From positions 3,857-67,856 of the forward strand of contig JAOLAV010000002.1 of the NCBI GenBank assembly GCA_028338895.1: a stretch of 64,000 nt of DNA, read 5' to 3'. The notes under the pieces were generated by a model, which was not told the origin of the DNA, searched no databases, and was given only the letters and a program-made list of their open reading frames with translations. Shown piece by piece: positions 30,534 through 40,960 of this stretch. The position numbers and the translations under genes were made by a program. Source of the DNA: Fidelibacterota bacterium (GTDB lineage Bacteria > Fidelibacterota > Marinisomatia > Marinisomatales > UBA1611). Every line of letters begins with the position of its first letter. The stretch's first letter is position 1.

Positions 30534-31088
30534 TTAATTATTGTATTTATTCATTGAATAGTTTATTCCTTGTATCAAAATAGAATCTAAAGATTCTGTG
30601 CCTTTTTGAATCATTTCTTTAACTTTTATTTCATCATCTGATTTAAAAGGTTTCAGAACATACTCTTCCGCCGGGCGCATATTTTCTTCTGTTCCAATGC
30701 CTAGACGCAACCTTGGGAATTTATTTGTTTGCAATTGATAAATAATATTTTCCATTCCTCTATGACATCCATCTCCACCCTTTGGCTTGATCCGAATAGA
30801 GCCAAGAGGTAAATCAACATCATCAACGATGACATAAATATCAGGGGGAAGAAGGTTCCATTCATAAGCTATTTCCTTGACAACTGATCCACTAAGATTC
30901 ATTCCCGAAGTTGGCTTCACAACGATTACTTCACGCCTGTTATGCTTCGCTATAGTGTAATCTCCTTTACCAGGTTGAAAAGACAAATGATGCTTTTTAG
31001 CCCATTCATTAACAACCCAAAAGCCTGCATTATGCTTAGTCTTTGAATATCTATCACCTGGATTTCCTAAACCAACATAAGCAATCAT
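30534..31088 (-). CDS. pth: Peptidyl-tRNA hydrolase
   Basis: VGLGNPG and TKHNAGF motifs. Length 184 aa. Confidence 0.95.
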   Translation of the reverse strand: MIAYVGLGNPGDRYSKTKHNAGFWVVNEWAKKHHLSFQPGKGDYTIAKHNRREVIVVKPTSGMNLSGSVVKEIAYEWNLLPPDIYVIVDDVDLPLGSIRIKPKGGDGCHRGMENIIYQLQTNKFPRLRLGIGTEENMRPAEEYVLKPFKSDDEIKVKEMIQKGTESLDSILIQGINYSMNKYNN

Positions 31089-31090
31089 TT

Positions 31091-31747
31091 TTAATTAGAA
31101 TCGCTTTCTGAATTAACCTCACCATCTTTACCTTCGGCTTGGTCAGCTTCAGAAATTGTAGAAGTCTCTAGCTCATCTTCTTCGGGCTCTTCTTCAACAA
31201 GCTGAGAAATGGTTACAATATTTACTTCATCATCTGTAACTATTTCGATATCTTTATTTTTAAGCTTAATGTCCGATATCCTCATTCCTGAATTTAATTC
31301 AAGGTCTTCAATATCAAGCTCTATCTGCTCAGGAACATCTGTTGGAAAACAGTTAATCTCAAGTTGATTTATAGACTGAGATAAAATCCCACCTTCCTTA
31401 ACTCCTTTTGCCTCTCCCACCAAAACTAAAGGTACTGTAATCGTCATTTTTACAGATCTACGGACACGCATCAGGTCTAAATGAAGGACCTCATCTGTAA
31501 CAGGATGATATTGTAATTCTTTAATCATTGTAAATTGACTCTTCCCGGCTTGATCTATCTCAAAAATCCTCTGTCCTGAATTCAGGGCATGAAATAAGAC
31601 GAGTCTATCAACTTCGATATTAACATTTTTTTCTCCTGCGTAATAAAGCACGCCAGGTATTAATCCTTTCCTTCTCAATAACTTTGCTCCCTTAGTTCTC
31701 ATTTCAACCCTGGTAACAACATCTAATTTATAGTAGGACGATGACAT
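31091..31747 (-). CDS. rplY: 50S ribosomal protein L25 (Ctc form) with an acidic C-terminal tail
   Basis: Long two-domain L25/Ctc layout (RRKGLIPGVLY, HPV...LHLDL). AGGAGA SD upstream. Canonical prs-ctc-pth order. Confidence 0.9.
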   Translation of the reverse strand: MSSSYYKLDVVTRVEMRTKGAKLLRRKGLIPGVLYYAGEKNVNIEVDRLVLFHALNSGQRIFEIDQAGKSQFTMIKELQYHPVTDEVLHLDLMRVRRSVKMTITVPLVLVGEAKGVKEGGILSQSINQLEINCFPTDVPEQIELDIEDLELNSGMRISDIKLKNKDIEIVTDDEVNIVTISQLVEEEPEEDELETSTISEADQAEGKDGEVNSESDSN

Positions 31748-31762
31748 ATTCTTATCTCCTTA

Positions 31763-32710
31763 TTAAAATTCAAATAATGCGCTAACAGATTCACCATTAT
31801 GAACTCTGTTAACTGCTTCTGCAAAAACTTTTCCAACAGACACAACTTTTATTTTTTCAATAGACTTTTTTCCTTGCCTTGCAATTGTGTCAGTGATAAT
31901 AATTTTTTTTATTTCTGAATCATTCAATCTTTTTAAAGCCGGACCAGATAACACCCCATGAGTTGCAATCGCCGTTATAGAAGTCGCTCCTTTATCTATG
32001 GCTGCTTTTGCTGCATTAACCGTAGTTCCAGCAGTGTCAATCATGTCATCAATTATTAAAACATCTAAACCATCTAGATCTCCTATTAGATGACTAACCT
32101 CAGCTTGATTTGGAGCATATCTTCTTTTATCTATTAAGGCAAAATGCATGCCTAGCTTTTTTGCATACCCTTGACTCATTTTAGCCGATCCAACATCCGG
32201 AGCAAGCACAACAGACTTCTCGGGGTCGAAATTTTCTGCAGCGATAGTATCAAGAATAATCGACCTGCTGTACAAATTATCAAATGGAATCTTTGCAAAG
32301 CCTTGAATTTGAGTTGAATGTAAATCCATTGTCATTATTCGATCAGCACCCATCGCTGTTAATATATCAATCATCACTCTCGATGATATTGGAACACGTG
32401 GCTGGTCCTTGCGATCTTGCCTTCCATAACCAAAATAAGGCATGACAACGGTCACTGTATCTGCCGAGGCACGAACAGCAGCATCAATCATTAGAGTAAG
32501 CTCTATAATATTGTCTGAAGGTCCATTAGTAGATTGAATAATGAAAACATCATGCCCTCTAATATTTTCTTCATACTTAACCCATATTTCACCATCAGAA
32601 AAAGTTCGAATAGAGATTTCGCCTAAATTTTTTCCAAGAAAAGTGGCTATTTGCTTCGCAAGGATTGGGTTACTACGCCCACTAAATATTTTTAATTTAC
32701 TTTTTACCAT
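31763..32710 (-). CDS. prs: Ribose-phosphate pyrophosphokinase
   Basis: FSDGE, MDLHS, VLAPDVGS and the PRPP-binding loop IIDDMIDTAGT. Confidence 0.95.
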   Translation of the reverse strand: MVKSKLKIFSGRSNPILAKQIATFLGKNLGEISIRTFSDGEIWVKYEENIRGHDVFIIQSTNGPSDNIIELTLMIDAAVRASADTVTVVMPYFGYGRQDRKDQPRVPISSRVMIDILTAMGADRIMTMDLHSTQIQGFAKIPFDNLYSRSIILDTIAAENFDPEKSVVLAPDVGSAKMSQGYAKKLGMHFALIDKRRYAPNQAEVSHLIGDLDGLDVLIIDDMIDTAGTTVNAAKAAIDKGATSITAIATHGVLSGPALKRLNDSEIKKIIITDTIARQGKKSIEKIKVVSVGKVFAEAVNRVHNGESVSALFEF

Positions 32711-32726
32711 TTTTTATTATCTATTG

Positions 32727-32797
32727 CTGGGGCGAAGAGAGTCGAACTCCTACCGCCTGGACCAAAACCAGGTGTACTACCATTATACTACGCCCCA
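32727..32797 (-). tRNA. tRNA-Gln (anticodon UUG)
   Basis: I folded it by hand into a cloverleaf. Acceptor stem is TGGGGCG/CGCCCCA. D stem is GTAT/GTAC. Anticodon stem CCTGG/CCAGG carries loop TTTTGGT. T stem AGGAG/CTCTT carries loop TTCGACT. Discriminator is G, and no CCA is encoded. The 5' UGGGG...CCCCAG 3' ends resemble E. coli tRNA-Gln. Confidence 0.9.
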
Positions 32798-32808
32798 TTA
32801 TTTAAATT

Positions 32809-33660
32809 CTACGTATCCATTAAATATGGCTGAGTAATAAAAGTTATATGTGATCTACTGAATTGTGACTCAACAGATTTAGCATCTGCTTCATCGTCAA
32901 AAATCGCATACACAGTCGAACCTGAGCCCGACAGACTGGCAAAACGAGCACTACTGTCTCGAAGAGTATCTTTTATACTTCCAATCTTTGGATATGATGG
33001 AACAATAATTGATTCAAAATCATTCTCAAAAAACTTAAAAGAGATATTATCTCTTTCAATTAAGCTTTTAAAGTTAACCTTCTCTTTATCATCCTGCAAA
33101 AGTATTTTGTATGCACTAAATGCCCATGCAGTATTAATATGAATTCTAGGAATGACCAACAAATATGTACCTTTTATATTTGTATTTACTCTTGTTAAAA
33201 CTTCACCAATACCTTCACCTAATTGAATACCCCCTCTTATAAAAAATGGAACATCAGCACCGATAGAAGAAGCAATTGATTCTAGTTCTTTTTTCTCGAG
33301 TCCTAATTCATATAATCTGTTTATTCCTTTTAATATTGCTGCCGCATTAGAAGAACCTCCTCCAAGGCCACTCCCTGCAGGTATTATCTTTTCTAAATGA
33401 ATGGAAATCCCTTTAATATCAAATAATTTTCCCATTCTCATCCAAGCTTTAACGCATAAGTTATCTGAACTATTATCTAACCAATCAATATTCGAAGAAA
33501 AATGACATCCCGATTCAGCTCTGCATAAAGTAATCGTATCATGAAGATCTAATTCTTGAAAGAGGGTATGTATATTATGAAAGCCATCACTTCGCTTATT
33601 CTGGATTTTTAATCCAATATTAACCTTAGCTCTAGATCTAAGGATTAACTCTTCACTCAT
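32809..33660 (-). CDS. ispE: 4-diphosphocytidyl-2-C-methyl-D-erythritol kinase
   Basis: GHMP kinase motif IPAGSGLGGGSSNAAA. N-terminal KVNIGLKI. Confidence 0.9.
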   Translation of the reverse strand: MSEELILRSRAKVNIGLKIQNKRSDGFHNIHTLFQELDLHDTITLCRAESGCHFSSNIDWLDNSSDNLCVKAWMRMGKLFDIKGISIHLEKIIPAGSGLGGGSSNAAAILKGINRLYELGLEKKELESIASSIGADVPFFIRGGIQLGEGIGEVLTRVNTNIKGTYLLVIPRIHINTAWAFSAYKILLQDDKEKVNFKSLIERDNISFKFFENDFESIIVPSYPKIGSIKDTLRDSSARFASLSGSGSTVYAIFDDEADAKSVESQFSRSHITFITQPYLMDT

Positions 33661-34135
33661 TATTATCTGTAATTGTGGCGATTGCTAATACCGCCCAGCC
33701 TGACTCTCGGCCAATAAATCCTAACTTATCTGTTGTGGTTGCTTTTATAGATATTTGCGATGCATTAAGATTAGTTATACCGGATAACTTTTTTTTTATA
33801 CTAGGTATATAGTTTCCCAACTTTGGCTTTTCCAAAATAACTGTCGCATCAATATTATTTATAGTAAAACCTTTGTTTTCTATTTTTGAGATTACATCTT
33901 TTAAAAAATAAACGCTCTCTGAATCTTTCCATTTAACATCCTCACTGGGGAAAAAATGCCCTAAGTCTCCTAAGTTAGCAGCTCCTAAAAGTGCATCGCA
34001 AATTGAGTGGATTAATGCATCACCATCTGAGTGTCCCAAAGACCCGATTGAAGATACAATCTCAACAGAGCCAACTACAAGCTTTTCACCTTTAACTAAT
34101 TGATGAACGTCATATCCAATTCCTGTGCGAATCAT
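33653..34135 (-). CDS. ispF: 2-C-methyl-D-erythritol 2,4-cyclodiphosphate synthase
   Basis: IGYDVHQL and GHSDGDALIHSICDALLGA motifs. Length 160 aa. Confidence 0.95.
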   Translation of the reverse strand: MIRTGIGYDVHQLVKGEKLVVGSVEIVSSIGSLGHSDGDALIHSICDALLGAANLGDLGHFFPSEDVKWKDSESVYFLKDVISKIENKGFTINNIDATVILEKPKLGNYIPSIKKKLSGITNLNASQISIKATTTDKLGFIGRESGWAVLAIATITDNNE

Positions 34136-34800
34136 TTAAGCTGCCTTTCTGCTCGAACCCAATCCTCTAATTTAGTAATCTTAAAATTTGAAAGACTACC
34201 CTCGATTGGAATAACTGAAAAACCCGCTTTTTCCATTAATGTAGACTCATCGGTCACTTTTAATTTATGTATTTCAGAGTATTTAAATGCACGAATTAAT
34301 TTCTCTTTGTTGAAAACTTGTGGTGTTTGCGCTAACCAAATATTCTCACGATTGAGAGTCTCTTTAACCTTACCATTAGAAATAAATTTGACAGTATCTA
34401 CCGGCCGCACTGCTATTATTGCACCATCCGCATTTAAAGAAGCATTGATACATGCTTCAATTAAATTTTTAGAGATGAATGGTCGAGCGGCATCATGTAT
34501 ACAAACAGTATTTATGTATTCTTCAACTGCTTCAATACCTTTTTTAACTGAATCTTGCCTCCGAGAACCACCCATAACGACCTTTATAGAATTAACTTTA
34601 AAAACGCTTTTAGAGTATTTTTCAACAAAAGATAAGTGATTTTCAGGAACAACAACTAAAACTTGTTTAATATGAGAGACTTTTAAAAATGTCTCTATGG
34701 CATAATGGAATAAAGGCTTACCTTTTAATAATTTAAATTGCTTTTGCTCACCAAATCGATTCCCTATACCTGCAGCTGGAATAATTGCAGCTACGCTCAT
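34132..34800 (-). CDS. ispD: 2-C-methyl-D-erythritol 4-phosphate cytidylyltransferase
   Basis: N-terminal IIPAAGIGNRFG, VCIHDAARPF and AQTPQ motifs. Confidence 0.9.
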   Translation of the reverse strand: MSVAAIIPAAGIGNRFGEQKQFKLLKGKPLFHYAIETFLKVSHIKQVLVVVPENHLSFVEKYSKSVFKVNSIKVVMGGSRRQDSVKKGIEAVEEYINTVCIHDAARPFISKNLIEACINASLNADGAIIAVRPVDTVKFISNGKVKETLNRENIWLAQTPQVFNKEKLIRAFKYSEIHKLKVTDESTLMEKAGFSVIPIEGSLSNFKITKLEDWVRAERQLK

Positions 34801-34808
34801 TCAAACTC

Positions 34809-35861
34809 CTATAAGATTATCATTGCATCGCCATAGCTTAAAAAGCGATAATCATTTTTCTTTGCTTCACTATAAGCTTTTTTAATTAACTTTCTATCTG
34901 CAAAAGCACTTACCATCATTAAAAGAGTTGATTGTGGAGTGTGAAAATTTGTAATCATCTTATCAACCATTTTATATTCGTATGGAGGATAAATAAATTT
35001 ATCGGTCCAGCCTCTTTTGGGAGTAACCTGAAAACCTGAAATAGCAATGGTTTCGAGCGCTCTAACTGTAGATGTTCCAACAGCAATAATTTTTCTATGT
35101 CTTTTTCTTGCTTGATTTATTGCCATTGAAGTTGTCGGTGAAACTTCAAAATATTCGGAATCCATTTGATGCCGATTTAAATCTTCAACTTGAACAGGCC
35201 TAAAAGTTCCTAAGCCAATATGAAGTGTAACTGTCTCAATTTTTATTCCTTTTTCTTTAGCCTTCGCTAATAATGGTTCTGTAAAGTGCAAGCCGGCAGT
35301 TGGTGCCGCAACAGCTCCTCTTTCACTAGCATAAACCGTTTGATACCTTTTTTTATCCTTTGCATCAGCATCACGATCAATATAAGGCGGCAAGGGAGAG
35401 ATCCCTATCTTGTCAATGATATCATGGAGACTATCAGATTCGTGCTCAAATCTGACAACTCTGCCACCTGAAACAGTGTTGTCGATAACATCGCACATGA
35501 GCTTTGAATTAAAGACTAACTTATTACCAATTCTTACTTTCCTCGCTGGTCTGACCATCACTTCCCATAAATCTGTAGATAACTCTCTAAGTAAAAAGAC
35601 CTCAACTTTAGCATCAGTTCTATCCTTCGTTGCAAAAAGGCGGGCTGGAAATACTTTAGTATTATTCAGTACTAGGAGGTCATTTTTTCTCATATAATCT
35701 AAAATATGATAAAACTTCTTATGCTCTATTTCACCCGTATCTCGATGAACAACCATGAGCTTAGAATAATCCCTCCTCGATTCTGGATGTTGAGCTATCG
35801 AATTTTTTGGTAAACGATAATTAAAGTCTGCAAGTTTATATTTTTTCTTTTTATCAATCAT
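34809..35861 (-). CDS. queA: S-adenosylmethionine:tRNA ribosyltransferase-isomerase
   Basis: [19 protein letters not shown] and [10 protein letters not shown] motifs. Length 350 aa. Confidence 0.95.
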   Translation of the reverse strand: MIDKKKKYKLADFNYRLPKNSIAQHPESRRDYSKLMVVHRDTGEIEHKKFYHILDYMRKNDLLVLNNTKVFPARLFATKDRTDAKVEVFLLRELSTDLWEVMVRPARKVRIGNKLVFNSKLMCDVIDNTVSGGRVVRFEHESDSLHDIIDKIGISPLPPYIDRDADAKDKKRYQTVYASERGAVAAPTAGLHFTEPLLAKAKEKGIKIETVTLHIGLGTFRPVQVEDLNRHQMDSEYFEVSPTTSMAINQARKRHRKIIAVGTSTVRALETIAISGFQVTPKRGWTDKFIYPPYEYKMVDKMITNFHTPQSTLLMMVSAFADRKLIKKAYSEAKKNDYRFLSYGDAMIIL

Positions 35862-36880
35862 TTGTATAACCCCTGTTGGTCTTTCGTTAATTCTTTATTT
35901 AATAATTTATATGCAGATTCTTGAGCAATTCGGCCTCTGGCTGTTCTAAGCAAAAAACCTTCCTTAATTAAAAATGGTTCATAAACATCTTCAATCGTTG
36001 TTGCGTCTTCGCCCACTGCAACAGCTAGAGATTTAACTCCAACAGGGCCACCAGAAAATTTTTCAATAATTACATCTAAAATTTTTCTATCCATACCATC
36101 TAACCCAATAGAATCAATTCCTAATTTTTCTAAAGAGGATTTAGCAACATCTATAGTTATCCTACCTGAAGCTTTAACTTGAGCAAAATCTCGTGCTCTT
36201 CTTAAAATCCTGTTTGCAAGTCTTGGCGTCCCCCTGCTCCTTTTAGCTAGCTCCATAGCCCCCTCTTCATCCATTTCAACTTCAAGAATTTCCGCCGATC
36301 TATTTATAATGTGAAAAAGATCTTCTGTGTTGTAATAGTCAACCCTTAAAACAACACCAAATCTATCTCTTAATGGCGACGTTAAATTACCTAAGCGTGT
36401 TGTGGCACCAATCAAAGTAAAAGGCTCTATGTCTAATTGAACGCTTCGAGCACTTGGACCTTTATCAATCATGATATCTATTGAAAAATCTTCCATCGCT
36501 GAATAAAGGTATTCCTCTACAACACTATTTAATCTATGTATTTCGTCAATGAAAAAAACATCTCTATGACTAAGGCTCGTAATCATTCCAGCCAAGTCAC
36601 CAGCTCTTTCTATAATAGGACCAGAAGCCTGTTTAATATTTGACTTTAATTCTTTTGAAACAATATTTGCGAGGGTTGTTTTCCCTAAACCCGGAGGCCC
36701 AAATAAAAGGACATGGTCTAGGGCATCTCCACGCTTATTTGATGCTTCAATATATAATTTTAAATTATCAACGAGCTCTTTCTGTCCAATAAACTCATCA
36801 AACTGAGAAGGACGTAGAGATTTTTCAATCGTTAAATCATCATCTAAGGGTGATGGGTCTGTTATGTGAATCTCTGTCAT
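35858..36880 (-). CDS. ruvB: Holliday junction branch migration helicase RuvB
   Basis: [12 protein letters not shown], Walker [20 protein letters not shown] and RGTPRLANR motifs. Confidence 0.95.
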   Translation of the reverse strand: MTEIHITDPSPLDDDLTIEKSLRPSQFDEFIGQKELVDNLKLYIEASNKRGDALDHVLLFGPPGLGKTTLANIVSKELKSNIKQASGPIIERAGDLAGMITSLSHRDVFFIDEIHRLNSVVEEYLYSAMEDFSIDIMIDKGPSARSVQLDIEPFTLIGATTRLGNLTSPLRDRFGVVLRVDYYNTEDLFHIINRSAEILEVEMDEEGAMELAKRSRGTPRLANRILRRARDFAQVKASGRITIDVAKSSLEKLGIDSIGLDGMDRKILDVIIEKFSGGPVGVKSLAVAVGEDATTIEDVYEPFLIKEGFLLRTARGRIAQESAYKLLNKELTKDQQGLYK

Positions 36881-36988
36881 TCTACAAATTATTAATAAAT
36901 CATTTTAAATATGATATAGAAGATACGATCTCAAATAGGCATCGTAAAGAATCTAGACTAGATATTTATCATTACTTATATTTAGAAT

Positions 36989-39823
36989 CTACGAATTATT
37001 TTTTAAAATGGGCTTTAAGTATAAGCCTGTATAAGAGTGCTTCATTTTCGCTAATTGCTCAGGTGTACCAACTCCAATAATATTCCCACCTTCAGTGCCA
37101 CCTTCAGGTCCAAGATCAATGACCCAGTCTGCTGTTTTTATAACATCTAGGTTATGTTCGATAACAATGACGGTATTACCCTTGTCAACTAAGCGGTTTA
37201 AAACCTTTAGAAGCATCCTAATATCTTCAAAATGAAGCCCTGTTGTCGGTTCATCTAAAATGTACAATGTTTTTGTTGTTGCCACTTTAGAAAGTTCGGT
37301 TGCTAACTTAACTCTTTGCGCTTCTCCGCCTGATAATGTTGTTGCTTGCTGACCTAGATGAATGTATCCTAAACCGACATCATACAATGTTTTTAATTTC
37401 TTCTTAATGGATGGAACAGGCTCAAAAAAAATCAATGCTTCAGAAACAGGCATTGCTAAGATTTCAGCAATAGATTTCCCCTTATATTTAACCTCCAATG
37501 TTTCCCTGTTATATCTCTCACCAAGACAAACTTCACATTTGACATAGACGTCAGGTAAAAAGTTCATTTCTATTTTAATAATACCATCTCCCTGACAAGA
37601 CTCGCAGCGCCCACCTTTAACATTAAAAGAAAAACGTCCTGGCTTATAACCTCTAACTTTTGATTCTTGAAGCTTTGCAAATAAATCTCTAATATGAGTA
37701 AATAGCCCTGTATAGGTTGCTGGGTTCGAACGTGGAGTCCTTCCAATTGGCTTTTGGTCTATATCTACAACTTTGTCTAAAAACTCAATCCCTTCCGAGG
37801 ACTCATAGTTAAGAGGGTAAGACCTTGATCTGTTTAATTTTTTTGATAGTAAAGGAAATAAAGTTTCATTAATCAATGTACTTTTACCACTACCTGAAAC
37901 ACCTGTAACAGCAATAAATGTTCCTAGTGGGAATTTTACTTCAACATCTTTTAAATTATTTCCAACAGCACCTTTTAATGATAATATTTTAGAATTCCCT
38001 TTTCGACGTTGTTTAGGAATTTCAATTTTTCTTTTACCAGTAATATATTGAGCTGTTAATGATAACTTTGATTTATGCAAATCCTCGGGTTTACCTGAGA
38101 AAGTGATTTCACCTCCATTTTTTCCTGCGCCAGGACCTATATCAATAACATAATCAGCCGCTTCTATTGTTTCTTGATCATGCTCAACAACTAAAATTGA
38201 GTTACCAATGTCTCTAAGTGATTTTAATGTGCCTAGTAGTTTATTGTTATCTCTTGGATGCAACCCAATAGATGGTTCATCTAAAATATATAAAACCCCC
38301 ATTAATTGTGATCCTATTTGAGTCGCGAGCCTAATTCTTTGCGCTTCACCACCCGAAAGAGTAACAGCAGATCTATCCAAAGTCAGATAGTTTAAACCAA
38401 CATTTACTAAAAAACTCAGCCTCTGCTGAACTTCTTTCAAAATTTGATCTGCGATTTTTTCTTCCATTTTTGTTAGTTTTAAATCATTGAAAAATTGGCT
38501 TAGCATTACAATCGACATTGAAGAAACTTCACCTAAATTCTTTTTATTAATTAAAACACTCAGCGTTTCTTTTCGCAATCGAGTACCAGAACAACTAGAG
38601 CATGGACGCATACTCATAAACTGTTCAATCCATTGTCTTATTCCTTGGGATCTTGTTTGACTATAGCGACGCATTAAATTGGGAATTGCTCCTTCCCATC
38701 CCCCAGAATAAGTACCTTCCCATTTTGCTGATGTATATTCCATTTTAAACTTTTCTTTTCCAGTACCATTTAATAAAATACGCTTTACTTCATTATCCAA
38801 CTTTATCCATGGAGTTGTAAAATTAAAATTATAGTGCTTGGATAAGCTTTTTAGAATACTTCCATACCAGTTCCCGCGCGGTTGTTCTCCAAGAGGTATA
38901 ATTGCGCCTTGGATTAAACTTTTTCTTTTATCCGGAACTATAAGGTTGGGATCGACTTCCATGTGCGAGCCTAAACCATCGCATTGAGGACAAGCTCCAT
39001 AAGGAGAATTAAATGAAAACATTCTAGGCACGATCTCTTCCATTGAAATGTCACAATCAGGGCAAGCTAAGTGCTCAGAAAATAGATACTCTTTATTAGG
39101 CAAAATATTAATGATCAGATTACCGCTGCCAATTTTAAGGGCTAGCTCAATTGACTCTGTTAAGCGCTCATTAATGTTTTCGTTTACAATAAGTCTATCA
39201 ATTACAACTTCAATCGATTGTTTTTTATTCTTATTCAGTTCGAGGTTATCATTAATAGAAAATATTTCACCATTAACCCTAACCCTTAAAAAGCCATCTT
39301 TTCTAATATTTTCAATAATTGATTTATGAAGGCCTTTTTTACCTTTGACAATTGGAGCAAGGATATGCATCCGACTACCTAACTTAAACTTATTTACTCT
39401 ATCAACAATCTGCTGAACTGTTTGTTTTTGAATTACATTCCCACATTTCCAACAGTGCGGTTTACCTACGTGAGCATATAGCAGCCTCAAATAATCATGG
39501 ATTTCAGTTACAGTTCCAACAGTTGATCTTGGGTTTCTAGCCGTTGATTTTTGTTCTATCGAGATAGCAGGAGAAAGCCCTTCAATAGAGTCGAGATCTG
39601 GTTTTTCCATTAATCCTAAGAATTGTCTAGCATATGAAGATAGTGATTCAACATATCTTCGCTGCCCTTCGGCATAAATAGTATCAAAAGCTAAAGATGA
39701 TTTTCCGGAACCAGATAATCCGGTAATTACTACAAATTGATCACGTGGAATTGTAACATCGATGTCTTTAAGATTGTGCTGTCGAGCACCTTTGACAATA
39801 ATTTTATCACTTGCTTTTTTCAT
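36989..39823 (-). CDS. uvrA: Excinuclease ABC subunit A
   Basis: 944 aa. Two ABC modules (GLSGSGKSS and GVSGSGKST), two LSGGE signatures and CxxC zinc modules. Confidence 0.97.
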   Translation of the reverse strand: MKKASDKIIVKGARQHNLKDIDVTIPRDQFVVITGLSGSGKSSLAFDTIYAEGQRRYVESLSSYARQFLGLMEKPDLDSIEGLSPAISIEQKSTARNPRSTVGTVTEIHDYLRLLYAHVGKPHCWKCGNVIQKQTVQQIVDRVNKFKLGSRMHILAPIVKGKKGLHKSIIENIRKDGFLRVRVNGEIFSINDNLELNKNKKQSIEVVIDRLIVNENINERLTESIELALKIGSGNLIINILPNKEYLFSEHLACPDCDISMEEIVPRMFSFNSPYGACPQCDGLGSHMEVDPNLIVPDKRKSLIQGAIIPLGEQPRGNWYGSILKSLSKHYNFNFTTPWIKLDNEVKRILLNGTGKEKFKMEYTSAKWEGTYSGGWEGAIPNLMRRYSQTRSQGIRQWIEQFMSMRPCSSCSGTRLRKETLSVLINKKNLGEVSSMSIVMLSQFFNDLKLTKMEEKIADQILKEVQQRLSFLVNVGLNYLTLDRSAVTLSGGEAQRIRLATQIGSQLMGVLYILDEPSIGLHPRDNNKLLGTLKSLRDIGNSILVVEHDQETIEAADYVIDIGPGAGKNGGEITFSGKPEDLHKSKLSLTAQYITGKRKIEIPKQRRKGNSKILSLKGAVGNNLKDVEVKFPLGTFIAVTGVSGSGKSTLINETLFPLLSKKLNRSRSYPLNYESSEGIEFLDKVVDIDQKPIGRTPRSNPATYTGLFTHIRDLFAKLQESKVRGYKPGRFSFNVKGGRCESCQGDGIIKIEMNFLPDVYVKCEVCLGERYNRETLEVKYKGKSIAEILAMPVSEALIFFEPVPSIKKKLKTLYDVGLGYIHLGQQATTLSGGEAQRVKLATELSKVATTKTLYILDEPTTGLHFEDIRMLLKVLNRLVDKGNTVIVIEHNLDVIKTADWVIDLGPEGGTEGGNIIGVGTPEQLAKMKHSYTGLYLKPILKNNS

Positions 39824-39968
39824 ATTACCTTATAGTTAATTAACTCTATAAAACAGACCATTCTTAAATTTACAGCTTATTATAGGATAAGCCCTAAATG
39901 CATTTACATTTTAAAAAAGCTAAAAGTCTTAATCTTGAATCTTTAAAATACCTGTCTTATTTTTAGGG

Positions 39969-40508
39969 GTGAGCTCATTAAAAAACAAACTGCTTATATC
40001 TATGCCCCATATGACTGACGTTTTCTTTTCTAAATCTGTAATTTATATATTTGAGCATAATAATGATGGTGCTATTGGAATAATAATTAATAAAAGTTTG
40101 AATGATTCAAAATATAAAACTCTATTTAAAGAACTTTCATTAAATCATCCTATTTCTGTAAATAATAAAAAGATTTTTTTTGGTGGACCAATATTAATTG
40201 ATAAGTATATTTTGTTGCATAAGCCCTTAAAAGACGTGAATCCATCTATAGACGTAACGAATAATATCTCAATCAGCAGTAATAAAATTAACTTAGAGAA
40301 GATAATAGGCGCAAACGATGTTCCCTATAAAGTGATGATGGGTCATGCCGGTTGGAGACCTGGACAACTAGAAAATGAAATCAAAAAAGGCGATTGGATG
40401 ATGCAATCGATGACTGATGATTTTGTTTTCAATCTTCAATCCAATTCTATGTGGGAGCAAGCTATCAGCTCTCTAGATCATAATTGGGCAAATGGGGCAA
40501 ATGCTTAA
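39969..40508 (+). CDS. YqgE/AlgH-family protein (UPF0301)
   Basis: LLISMPHMTDVFFSKSVIYIFEHNNDGAIGIIINK, GGP and GHAGWRPGQLENEI motifs. A GTG start is needed to include the conserved N-terminus. Confidence 0.8.
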   Translation: MSSLKNKLLISMPHMTDVFFSKSVIYIFEHNNDGAIGIIINKSLNDSKYKTLFKELSLNHPISVNNKKIFFGGPILIDKYILLHKPLKDVNPSIDVTNNISISSNKINLEKIIGANDVPYKVMMGHAGWRPGQLENEIKKGDWMMQSMTDDFVFNLQSNSMWEQAISSLDHNWANGANA

Positions 40509-40569
40509 AAAATTATTGTTTTTTTTTCTTGATTTTCCTAACTGTAAGACCAAAGATTAGGTATACAAT

Positions 40570-40950
40570 ATGAACAATAATATCTATCAACGCACCCGGT
40601 TAATACTTTTTATGTTCCTGGCTTTATTTTACACTTCTTGTCAGGAAGATCCATCAAGGCATTTAAATCTTGGAAACTGGTATTTACAAAGAGGCTTAAT
40701 AGATGAAGCTATAATTGAATATAGAGAAGTCTCTCGTTTATATTCTGGAGATGCAAATGAATTAAAAAGAGAGGAATTCCATGTTTTGGGTAAATCACAT
40801 CTAAAGCTAGCTATTGCTTACACAAAAAAAGGATGGTGGGAATATGCTCTTAACGAAGCAAAACGAAGTTTTGAAATAACTCCAAATAAAGACTCTCATG
40901 AACTTATTGCTCTTATTGAAGAAAAACTCTTACAGGGTATTGATTCCTAA
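40570..40950 (+). CDS. Small exported TPR-like protein (possible lipoprotein)
   Basis: Hydrophobic leader ending ...FYTSC (Cys24, a non-canonical lipobox), followed by helical TPR-like repeats (LGNWYLQRGLIDEAIIEY). Confidence 0.45.
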   Translation: MNNNIYQRTRLILFMFLALFYTSCQEDPSRHLNLGNWYLQRGLIDEAIIEYREVSRLYSGDANELKREEFHVLGKSHLKLAIAYTKKGWWEYALNEAKRSFEITPNKDSHELIALIEEKLLQGIDS

Positions 40951-40960
40951 ATAGAGTTCT

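Noticed and set aside
34100-34639. A long (179-aa) plus-strand ORF antisense to ispD/ispF.
   Set aside because: This is a shadow ORF. ispD and ispF on the minus strand have unambiguous family motifs and operon context. The antisense product has no motifs, start context or SD.
36951-36963. A perfect 13-bp palindrome ATCTAGACTAGAT in the 108-nt uvrA-ruvB spacer, a possible SOS-type operator between two DNA-repair genes.
   Set aside because: 6-bp-arm palindromes are expected many times by chance in 64 kb of AT-rich DNA. It matches no LexA-box consensus I know (CTGT-N8-ACAG, GAAC-N4-GTTC). I found no second copy upstream of other repair genes in the window (mutY, priA).
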